A stretch of 64,000 nucleotides of DNA from Eubacteriales bacterium (GTDB lineage: Bacteria; Bacillota; Clostridia; Oscillospirales; UBA644). Below, piece after piece: positions 56,586 through 64,000 of this stretch. Location: the NCBI GenBank assembly GCA_045603745.1, contig JAZUMQ010000049.1:518-64517 (forward strand), given 5' to 3'. The notes under the pieces were generated by a model. The model made no database searches, was not told the origin of the DNA, and saw only the letters and a program-made list of their open reading frames with translations. How positions within the stretch are numbered: position 1 is the first letter of the stretch; each line of letters begins with the position of its first letter. A program made the translations under genes and the position numbers.

Positions 56586-57008
56586 TCAGAACAAATTGAT
56601 GTCATTCTTCCGATCGGTGTGATAGATTTCACGCCAATCCAGATCTCCTCTACCCAACGCACAAACCAGCACTTCCGCCGTGGCGATGTTGGTGGCGAAG
56701 GGAACGTTGTGCATATCACAAAGACGAAGCAGCGTATCTTCTTCTTCCGACATCTTTTGCTGAGAAGCGTCCCGGAAAAACAAGAGAAGGTCGATTTCGT
56801 CGTATGCGACTCGGGAAGCGATCTGCTCCGCGCCGCCGCCCTTTCCTTCCAAGAAGCGGAAGACGTTCAGCCCGGTGGTGTCGGAGACCAATTTCCCCGT
56901 CATCGCCGTGGCACAAACCTCGTGTTTTGCCAAGATGCCGCAGTATGCAATACAGAACTGCACCATCAATTCCTTTTTCTTATCGTTTGCAAGCAAAGCG
57001 ATGGTCAT
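56586..57008 (-). CDS. mgsA: methylglyoxal synthase
   Basis: 140 aa. IALLANDKKK..., GGAEQIA, IDLLLFFRD and CDMHNVPFATN motifs. Confidence 0.85.
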   Translation of the reverse strand: MTIALLANDKKKELMVQFCIAYCGILAKHEVCATAMTGKLVSDTTGLNVFRFLEGKGGGAEQIASRVAYDEIDLLLFFRDASQQKMSEEEDTLLRLCDMHNVPFATNIATAEVLVCALGRGDLDWREIYHTDRKNDINLF

Positions 57009-57037
57009 TGTTTCGTACCTCCGTATGGTAAAAATTG

Positions 57038-57784
57038 TTATGAAAATTTATCAAGATCAACCGATTGTCCGGTCACCCGCAGAGCAATGTTGCGAAATGC
57101 CTTTTTGCTACGGGATTTGGGAAGATTGTACGCCAGCGTATCCCCGTTGCCGGCACAGATCACGCCGATGTCCTCGGGGATCAGTCCGATCAGTTGCAGA
57201 GAGGTGCTGTCGATAATGTCGTCAATATCGGGGGCATAATTCTTTTTGATAAGAGAAGGACGAACCCGATTAACGATGAGACGAACCCTTCCGGCACCGC
57301 TGCGGAACAGATAATCCGCAGTTCGTTCCCCATCGGAAATGGCAGTTCGGTCGGGTGTAGTAACGATGAGAGTTTCATATCTTGGGTCCGCCAAAATCTC
57401 CAAGGTGGGGCCGATTCCGGCGGGGCAATCGATGAAGATATAATCGAAATACCTTCGCTTTTCTTCCACAAGTTGACGCAAAAACTTCAGAAGCGTAACA
57501 GTGGAGACTTCCCGACGCAGAGGGGCGAATAATGCGAATAGGTTGGGGTGCCCCGGAACAGAGAGAACCGCATCGTCAAAAGAGCAATTACGATAATAGA
57601 GATCCTGAAGGTCATACACGTGGCGGTTACGCAACCCGAAAGCAAGATCGAGATTGGAAAGATCCAGATCCGCATCGATCACAAGAACCCGGTGTTTTTC
57701 CGAAAGCGCCGCAGACATATTTGCGGATACCGTGGTCTTTCCCACACCGCCTTTGCCGGACGCAATTAAAAACACTTTGCCCAA
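57038..57784 (-). CDS. minD: MinD/ParA-family P-loop ATPase
   Basis: Deviant Walker A SGKGGVGKTT. A TTG start at 57784, 8 nt after AAGGAGG, gives the canonical N-terminus (M)GKVFLIASGKGGVGKT; the track start is 57808. Confidence 0.75.
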   Translation of the reverse strand: MGKVFLIASGKGGVGKTTVSANMSAALSEKHRVLVIDADLDLSNLDLAFGLRNRHVYDLQDLYYRNCSFDDAVLSVPGHPNLFALFAPLRREVSTVTLLKFLRQLVEEKRRYFDYIFIDCPAGIGPTLEILADPRYETLIVTTPDRTAISDGERTADYLFRSGAGRVRLIVNRVRPSLIKKNYAPDIDDIIDSTSLQLIGLIPEDIGVICAGNGDTLAYNLPKSRSKKAFRNIALRVTGQSVDLDKFS

Positions 57785-57963
57785 ACCATCAACCTCCTTT
57801 TGTCCCACGCATCGGCGCGAGTTTTAGATATATTCTATATATTAACATATTTATGGGATAAAATCAAGAGGAACGGAAGAAAAACCTCCGCTCCTCGCTA
57901 CAAATTTACAAAAAAATTAAAAAAACGCCAAAGAAACTTCAAAGAAATATCCGAATCAGATTA

Positions 57964-59970
57964 TTACGGCAACAACGTGTTGAAATCCGAAAGGGAGTCA
58001 AAGGAATCCTGATTGGAAAAATAATAGGATAAAACATCTTTAACCACTTGGGACGTATAAGCATTTGCCCCCTTGCCGCCGTGTTCAATAACCACAGTAA
58101 AAGCAATTTTGGGGTTATCCACGGGAGCATATCCGGAAATCAGAACCGTCGGGTGTCCGCTGGCGTATTCGGCGGTACCGGATTTAGCGGCAACGGTAAC
58201 GATGTCGAAATTCCGGAAATAACTGTACACCGTACCGTCTTGCACGTTTACGACCTTATAAAGTCCGTTTCGGACGGTCTGGAGAGTCTTTTCGGAAATA
58301 CTCAGCGTGCCCTTCTGCGTAACCTGAGTTTCTTTCGTTTCCCCGGTGTCCCGATTGGTAATTGAACGAATCAAATAAGGTTGAATTTGAACGCCGTTTC
58401 CGGCAACGGTTGCAATCATATTGGTCAACTGCAACGGCGTTACCACGTTATCCGACTGACCGATGGCTGCCATGAGGTTTTCCCCGGAATTCCAGATGCC
58501 ACCGGCTTTTTCCCGGGCGGTTTTGGAGGCAATGGAACCGGAAATTTCGCCGGAAAGTTCGATTCCTGTTTTGGAACCAAAGCCAAGTAATGCTGCGTAT
58601 TCCGCCAATTTATCGCTTCCCAGCTGACGCCCCACTTCATAAAAGAAACAGTTGCATGATTTTTGAAGGGCGGTTTCTACGGTCACAACACCGTGCACGT
58701 GAGATTCATAGCAAGTGGGTTGATAATCGGAATAATAGGTATACCGACCGGTACAACGGTAGGTGGTATTTTTCGTAATAATGCCTTCTTCCAATCCGGC
58801 AATGGCGGTCACAACTTTCCAGGTAGACCCAGGGGGGAAGGCTCCGGCAACGGTACGGTTTACGTAGGGAGAATTTTCGGATTGAGAGAGGGTTGCGTAG
58901 TCTTCGTAAAAAGTAGAGAGATTGTAATCGGGATTGGAAGCCATGGACAAGATTTCTCCGGTCTCAATTTCCATAAAAACGGCAGCGGCAGCAGTAGCGG
59001 CTTTCTCTCCGTTTAATTTCTTCGCTCCTGCGACGGCAGAAGCGAGGGAATCTTCCGTCACTTGCTGCAAATTTTTTCCGATGGTCAGGATCACGTCAGA
59101 ACCGAACTGTGCTTTTTTTCCTTCCAATTCTGAGGTAACGGCACCGGCAGAGTTGACCTCGATATAACGGTATCCGTCTTTGCCCCGAAGAAGGTCTTCG
59201 CAAATTTTTTCGATTCCGTCCTTGCCCACCGTATCGGTCAGAGCGTACCCCTGATCTTTGCGAATTTCGTATTCATTGGCGGAAATCGGACCGATATATC
59301 CGAGGATATGAGATGCAAAATTTTCTTCCGTATAAGTGCGGGTATATCCGGTGGAAATCTCCACGCCCAGCATCTCTTCTTCCCGTTCTTTAAGAGCAGT
59401 AATAATTTCAATGGAAACATCAGAAGCAAAGGGATAAATCGATGGAGCGCCACTGCGGAACATCGAATAACGAACCCCGATAATCGCCCGCGCCATGGCA
59501 GGAGAATAATCTTCCAATTTGTAGTACGAAATCAACCCCGCAATAACGTTTTCCGCGGTAGCAGTGGTGGATACTTTCCGTTTTTCCAAAAAAGTAAAAA
59601 AATCAGAAGGCAAATTCTCTTCCGTATAGATATAGGGTTCGGAATCCGAAATAGGCAAAAGATCCGTGTAATCCTGCTTATAGGCGTCAAACACGGAAAT
59701 CATGGAAGAGAGAGTCCCGTTGACGTCCTTGCAGATATTCAGATCCAAATTGACCGACAAGACCGTCTGGTTTTGAACCATGGGTAAACCATAACGGTCT
59801 AAAATCTCCCCGCGGGCAGATTCTTCCACCGTTTTGGTCACGACACGCGCCAAGGATTGGGCGCGATAGGATTCCCAGTCGATCAACTGCAATTTAACAA
59901 GCCGAACGACGAACAAAACCAACACCGAAGCAAAAAGCACGGAAAGAATGGCTATACGGCTTTTTTTCAC
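57964..59970 (-). CDS. mrdA: penicillin-binding protein 2 (elongation transpeptidase)
   Basis: 668 aa. N-terminal TM segment, and transpeptidase motifs STWK (PPGSTWKV), SCN and KSGT. The position after mreBCD supports the call. Confidence 0.88.
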   Translation of the reverse strand: MKKSRIAILSVLFASVLVLFVVRLVKLQLIDWESYRAQSLARVVTKTVEESARGEILDRYGLPMVQNQTVLSVNLDLNICKDVNGTLSSMISVFDAYKQDYTDLLPISDSEPYIYTEENLPSDFFTFLEKRKVSTTATAENVIAGLISYYKLEDYSPAMARAIIGVRYSMFRSGAPSIYPFASDVSIEIITALKEREEEMLGVEISTGYTRTYTEENFASHILGYIGPISANEYEIRKDQGYALTDTVGKDGIEKICEDLLRGKDGYRYIEVNSAGAVTSELEGKKAQFGSDVILTIGKNLQQVTEDSLASAVAGAKKLNGEKAATAAAAVFMEIETGEILSMASNPDYNLSTFYEDYATLSQSENSPYVNRTVAGAFPPGSTWKVVTAIAGLEEGIITKNTTYRCTGRYTYYSDYQPTCYESHVHGVVTVETALQKSCNCFFYEVGRQLGSDKLAEYAALLGFGSKTGIELSGEISGSIASKTAREKAGGIWNSGENLMAAIGQSDNVVTPLQLTNMIATVAGNGVQIQPYLIRSITNRDTGETKETQVTQKGTLSISEKTLQTVRNGLYKVVNVQDGTVYSYFRNFDIVTVAAKSGTAEYASGHPTVLISGYAPVDNPKIAFTVVIEHGGKGANAYTSQVVKDVLSYYFSNQDSFDSLSDFNTLLP

Positions 59971-59974
59971 ACAG

Positions 59975-60478
59975 TCACCTCCTGAAAGAATAACCGTCCC
60001 GATCCCGGAACCAAAGAGAAAAAAGAAGATACAACAAAAACAGCACCGGCAAACTCATCACCAACCGGGGCAAGAAAATATATTGGGCGGCGGTGAGTAG
60101 AAGCACCGAATGATTAAGCCCTTCGACTCCCCAAAGGATCAATTCATACAACGCCACGGAAAGGATTCCCGTAATCATACCGGAAAATACGTTGCGGGAA
60201 AGAATTTTTTCCACCAAAAACGCAATCACATATCCGAAAATCAAATACGTTACTGCCCGAAATCCGAAGATCCCAGACGCCATAGAATCGGCAAACAAGC
60301 CGAAGAACAAACCGAACAGTGAGGCGGCTTTTTCTCCGCAAAACATAGCGCAAACCACCACGGCGCACAACAAATAGGGAGGGTTACACCCCCACCAAAA
60401 AGGACCGACGCAATGTTCCGCCAATCCCAAGACCAGAAATAAAATTCCGATTAAAACGAGACGCAGTTTCGGTTTCAT
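59975..60478 (-). CDS. mreD: rod shape-determining protein MreD
   Basis: 167 aa, polytopic, located between mreC and PBP2. Confidence 0.75.
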   Translation of the reverse strand: MKPKLRLVLIGILFLVLGLAEHCVGPFWWGCNPPYLLCAVVVCAMFCGEKAASLFGLFFGLFADSMASGIFGFRAVTYLIFGYVIAFLVEKILSRNVFSGMITGILSVALYELILWGVEGLNHSVLLLTAAQYIFLPRLVMSLPVLFLLYLLFSLWFRDRDGYSFRR

Positions 60479-61314
60479 TGGGTATCCTCGGAAAAGTTGG
60501 TAATTACAAGAACTTCTTTGAGTTTTTCAAAAGAAACGGCGGGGGTCAAAACCGCATTGAGGGAAAGACCGTTATCTTCATATTGCAATTCGGACACGGT
60601 CCCCAACAACAGTCCTTTGGGGTAAACTCCCCCAAGCCCGGAAGTATAGATTTGATCCCCCCGGTTAACGGCGGAATCTTTGCCGAGATAACGAACGAGG
60701 CATTGCCCCTTCGCTTTTAATTCCAGCGTTCCTTCGGTGACACCGACGTCACCTGTCGATAGCAAAATCGCACCGACGGAAATTTGAGGGTCAATAAAGG
60801 TAGAAACCGTTGCCCAGTTGAGCCCGACTTGGGTCACTTTGCCCACGAGTCCGCCTTCACAAACTACAATATTTCCCTTTTCGATCCCGGCTCCCGTGCC
60901 GACGTTAATACCGAACGAACCGTTCCAGCCGTCGGAAGAAACCGTCACCACGTCAGCGGAAACGTATTCAAAGGAATAGGCAGGGTCTGCGATCGAAAGC
61001 ATCTCCTTATAACGGTCGTTTTGCACTTTGTGGTAATGCAAATCATTGATTTCCTTTTGAAGATCGTTGACCTGTTCCCGTAAAGCGGCATTTTCCTCTT
61101 TCAAATCGTCGTACTGAGAGATGGAAGAAAACAGGTCGGTTATTTGATTTTTGCACCACGTGAACCCGGTGCGGACAGGTGACACGATAATTCCGACCAA
61201 CTGTTCGTGGGGCATGGTATGACCGTTGACTGCAATTGAAAGCATAAAGCCCAGCAAAAAGCAGACAATCAGCACGAGAATAGCGAAAAACCGTCCCCGA
61301 AAAAAGTACTTCAT
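60475..61314 (-). CDS. mreC: rod shape-determining protein MreC
   Basis: 279 aa from ATG 61314 (SD AGGAGG). It has a TM segment, a coiled coil and a beta-rich C-terminus with TSGLGGVYPKGL. The track start at 61500 was trimmed. Confidence 0.85.
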   Translation of the reverse strand: MKYFFRGRFFAILVLIVCFLLGFMLSIAVNGHTMPHEQLVGIIVSPVRTGFTWCKNQITDLFSSISQYDDLKEENAALREQVNDLQKEINDLHYHKVQNDRYKEMLSIADPAYSFEYVSADVVTVSSDGWNGSFGINVGTGAGIEKGNIVVCEGGLVGKVTQVGLNWATVSTFIDPQISVGAILLSTGDVGVTEGTLELKAKGQCLVRYLGKDSAVNRGDQIYTSGLGGVYPKGLLLGTVSELQYEDNGLSLNAVLTPAVSFEKLKEVLVITNFSEDTQ

Positions 61315-61352
61315 TATCGGCACCTCCTGATAAATTTTAAACCAAAATGGTT

Positions 61353-62369
61353 TTAAGAAAGGATATTTTCGTGTTGGATTCCGTGTTTGATCTGATCCCG
61401 GTAACGGTATGCATTTCCGACCCCGGTAACAACACTTTCCAGAGGGGAAGCGGAGTGCATACAGGCAACGCCGGTCTCCTTCGACAACAATTCTTCCCAA
61501 CCGGGAATCAAACTGCCACCGCCTACCAAGGTGATTCCGCTGTCGATAATATCCGCCGCCAATTCGGGGGGAATTTTCTCCAAAGTCTGTTTAATCTGAT
61601 CCACCAAAAAGCGGGCAGATTCCATCAAAACGTCACGAATATCGTCGGTGGAAAGGGCAACGTTCACCGGAAGTCCGCGAACCAAATCCCGACCGCTGAC
61701 GGTCATGAAATTCACGTGACCGTCATCGAAGACCGAACCGATGGACATTTTCACGTCTTCCGCAGTGCGGTCTCCAATCAAAACACTATGGGTTTTCCGG
61801 ACGTAAGCAATAATATCCCGATCGAATTTCTTTCCGGCACAGGTTGTGGAAGTAACGGATACGATGCCCCCTAAGGAAAGCACCGAGATCTCCGTGGTTC
61901 CACCACCAATATCGACCACCATTCGTCCCCGGGGTTCTACGATGGGAAGCCCCGAACCCAGCGCTGCGGCAATGGGCTTTTCCACGACGAAAGGTACTTT
62001 TTTCACACCGGCGGCACGAACGGCGTCAGCCACTGCACGCTTTTCAACCGGAGTTGCTCGACAAGGAATGGAAACCACCGCAGATACCGGACCGAATCCG
62101 GTACGGCAACGGCGGATATAATCCCGCAACATCATGACCGTTTTATCAAAATCGGCGATGACTCCGTTTTGGACGGGAGAAGTTACGGTAACGGTATCGG
62201 GAGTTCTGCCCAGCATGTCCCGGGCTTCCAGACCGGCACAAATGAATTTTTTCGCTCCGTAGGTTTCCGTAGCAACGATGGAAGGTTCGCTAAGAACCAC
62301 GCCCTTGTCTCGACGGTAAATGAGGGTATTACAGGTTCCAAGGTCAATGCCAAATTCATTCAATCCCAT
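61353..62369 (-). CDS. mreB: rod shape-determining protein MreB (actin homologue)
   Basis: 338 aa. GIDLGTCNT, VDIGGGTTE and GITLVGGGSL motifs. Confidence 0.93.
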   Translation of the reverse strand: MGLNEFGIDLGTCNTLIYRRDKGVVLSEPSIVATETYGAKKFICAGLEARDMLGRTPDTVTVTSPVQNGVIADFDKTVMMLRDYIRRCRTGFGPVSAVVSIPCRATPVEKRAVADAVRAAGVKKVPFVVEKPIAAALGSGLPIVEPRGRMVVDIGGGTTEISVLSLGGIVSVTSTTCAGKKFDRDIIAYVRKTHSVLIGDRTAEDVKMSIGSVFDDGHVNFMTVSGRDLVRGLPVNVALSTDDIRDVLMESARFLVDQIKQTLEKIPPELAADIIDSGITLVGGGSLIPGWEELLSKETGVACMHSASPLESVVTGVGNAYRYRDQIKHGIQHENILS

Positions 62370-62384
62370 AAAAAACCTCCTCCG

Positions 62385-62954
62385 TCACAAAATATCAATG
62401 CCGAATTCCTTCAGCATTTCGTAAAGAATACTAACCGGCAGGCCGACCACGTTGGCATAGTCGCCATCAATATGATCGACAAGCAAAGCACCCTTGCTCT
62501 GAATCCCGTAAGCGCCGGCTTTGTCGTAGGGTTCATTGGAAGCAACGTAAGCGGCAATCTGTTCTTCGGACAGGTGCTTGAAAAAGACTTCCGTTCGACA
62601 CAATCCCGTTTCCATACGTCCGTCGCAGGCAACCGTGATTCCGGTATAGACAAAATGGGAACGCCCCGACATCATGCGCAACATTTCCGCAGCTTCTTCG
62701 TCTCCGTTGGGTTTCCCCAAAACCGTTCCGTCCACCGCGACAACCGTATCTGCGGCAATGACGACGGAAAGAGGATTGTTATTTGCCACGGCGGCGGCCT
62801 TTCGCATGGAAAGTTCGCAAACAATGTCAATGGGATCGGTCAAATCCGTAGATTCGTCCACTGCAGGAACGATACTCTGAAATGAAAGCCCGATCTGTTG
62901 CAACAATTCAAATCGCCGGGGAGAAGAAGATGCGAGAATAAAATCTCTGTTCAT
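62385..62954 (-). CDS. maf: Maf nucleoside triphosphate pyrophosphatase
   Basis: 189 aa. ILASSSPRR.ELL, KAGAYGIQ and NVVGLP motifs. Confidence 0.88.
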   Translation of the reverse strand: MNRDFILASSSPRRFELLQQIGLSFQSIVPAVDESTDLTDPIDIVCELSMRKAAAVANNNPLSVVIAADTVVAVDGTVLGKPNGDEEAAEMLRMMSGRSHFVYTGITVACDGRMETGLCRTEVFFKHLSEEQIAAYVASNEPYDKAGAYGIQSKGALLVDHIDGDYANVVGLPVSILYEMLKEFGIDIL

Positions 62955-62957
62955 AAA

Positions 62958-63881
62958 TCAATTCACCTTATATTTTGAAAGGGGAAGCCGAACGGTAAAA
63001 AGGGTTCCCTTTCCGATTTTGCTCTTTACTTCAATGGTTCCGCCGTGAAGTTCCACAATTTTTTTGGCAACCGACAGACCGATTCCTGTTCCGGAAGCAA
63101 GACCGCCCCGAACCACGGGAGCCTTGTAGTACCGGTCAAAAATATGAGGAATATCTTCCGAATCGATTCCGGATCCGTTATCCAGAACCCGCAAAACAAC
63201 TTGGCGGGAGTCCTGATCTAACGACAGAATCACCTTTCCTCCGGAAGGAGTGTGTTTAACGGCGTTATCCAAAAGAATCACCGCCAACTGACCGATCCGA
63301 TCCGGATCCAACATAAGCAGGGGAAACTCTTTTTTCGCCTCAAAGCGCAGTTCGACCCCGGAAGCGGACGCCATAGCCTTCAAATCATCACACACTCCTT
63401 GTCCCAAGGCGACAAGATCGGTGGGTTGAGGATCAAAGCGCAGGGCGGCATGTTTCCGGGTAGAATCCAAAAGATCCGACACCAATTTGGTCATAGCGTC
63501 GATTTCCCGCAAGATGCGGTTATAGTATTCCGGGTACTGTTCCGCAGGAACCGCACCGTCCGCCAAAACCTCCACGCTGCCACGGATCACGGTCAGGGGA
63601 GTTTTCAATTCGTGGGCAACCTCCGAAAGCACTTGATCCCGAGGATCGTGCAACGGAGATTTCTTCAAATTTTTATTGCGTTTTTTCTGCATGATCCAGA
63701 AAAAAATAAAGTCTAAAATTGCGGTGATCAGCACGAAAACCCAAACCACCGCACAGGCAATCAAAAACCCGATTTTTTCCCGGAACAAAAGGGATAAAAC
63801 CGACAAAACGGCACCGATGGCAAGAAGCACCGGCACCGTCCGTTCAATCAGCAGAAAAAGTTGTTCTGATTTGCGTCTCAT
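62958..63881 (-). CDS. sensor histidine kinase
   Basis: 307 aa. Two N-terminal TM segments, H-box [14 protein letters not shown] box LLDNAVKH and G box GTGIGLSVA. Confidence 0.88.
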   Translation of the reverse strand: MRRKSEQLFLLIERTVPVLLAIGAVLSVLSLLFREKIGFLIACAVVWVFVLITAILDFIFFWIMQKKRNKNLKKSPLHDPRDQVLSEVAHELKTPLTVIRGSVEVLADGAVPAEQYPEYYNRILREIDAMTKLVSDLLDSTRKHAALRFDPQPTDLVALGQGVCDDLKAMASASGVELRFEAKKEFPLLMLDPDRIGQLAVILLDNAVKHTPSGGKVILSLDQDSRQVVLRVLDNGSGIDSEDIPHIFDRYYKAPVVRGGLASGTGIGLSVAKKIVELHGGTIEVKSKIGKGTLFTVRLPLSKYKVN

Positions 63882-64000
63882 TTCACTTCAAACTTGTATC
63901 CGACGCCCCAGACCGTCTTAATATCAAACCCGACGGAATCATCGATGTCGAGTTTGGTACGGATCCGCTTAATGTGGGTATCCACGGTACGGGTATCGCC
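63878..64000 (-). CDS. OmpR-family response regulator, C-terminal fragment (N-terminus beyond window)
   Basis: Manual translation gives ...[40 protein letters not shown], the winged-helix tail. Its TGA overlaps the kinase ATG. Confidence 0.8.
   Translation of the reverse strand, partial: GDTRTVDTHIKRIRTKLDIDDSVGFDIKTVWGVGYKFEVK

Noticed and set aside
57800-58012. 70-aa plus-strand ORF in the PBP2-minD gap, considered as a candidate minC/minE.
   Set aside because: It overlaps the PBP2 3-prime end on the opposite strand. It is Lys/Arg-rich and AT-driven, has no SD, and shows no similarity to MinC or MinE.
1-64000. Search for CRISPR arrays, transposases, integrases, prophage blocks, rRNA and defence-system hallmarks (reverse transcriptase, large helicase/nuclease, TIR/SIR2, etc.).
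   Set aside because: I found no direct-repeat/spacer periodicity and none of these protein families among the ORFs. The window looks like core chromosome.

Overview
This is a chromosomal segment of a spore-forming Firmicute (Clostridia-like, about 48-50% G+C, with TGnTATAAT-type promoters). It is dense with housekeeping genes and I saw no transposase, integrase, CRISPR array or rRNA. All function calls rest on motifs I recognise by eye; no homology search was run.

Gene content, left to right:
- A large secreted repeat protein runs off the left edge. It is missing from the ORF track and was found by manual translation.
- fucO, pepF, tRNA-Pro(CGG), a CotF-like spore coat protein, a long PRPP synthetase, an HD 5-prime-nucleotidase, YfhO and fumC follow.
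- An OmpR-type response regulator, a multi-TM histidine kinase, a fused MacB-type ABC transporter and a TVP38/DedA protein form one module.
- spoIVA follows, then the conserved sporulation/division block on the minus strand: flippase, hup, yabO, yabP, yabQ, divIC, yabR.
- mtnN, family-4 UDG, a decayed sugar-isomerase fragment, cyclophilin, a VanY-like peptidase and serA-serC come next.
- An RHH plus membrane-protein pair is followed by an ORF-less region of about 0.7 kb.
- An SGNH hydrolase, fucI and a divergent AraC regulator follow.
- An XRE regulator, a NUDIX hydrolase, rsmG and a polysaccharide deacetylase come next.
- The window holds three ABC-2-type exporter modules, one of them with GldG and DUF4340 partners. 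tRNA-Leu(GAG) lies between the first and second, and T-box-controlled thrS between the second and third.
- aspS and hisS follow, then mgsA, a MinD-like ATPase, PBP2, mreDCB and maf.
- A second two-component pair is cut by the right edge.

The most unusual loci:
1. 32737-33470: a strong promoter and a terminator enclose about 690 nt with no real ORF. Inside are four Shine-Dalgarno plus micro-ORF modules, including a duplicated hexapeptide MRSPNI.
2. 4229-4325: a 97-nt GC-rich cloverleaf-like element sits between divergent promoters.
3. 1-2723: the unlisted secreted repeat protein of at least 907 aa.

Many long ORFs in the track are antisense mirror ORFs and were rejected.
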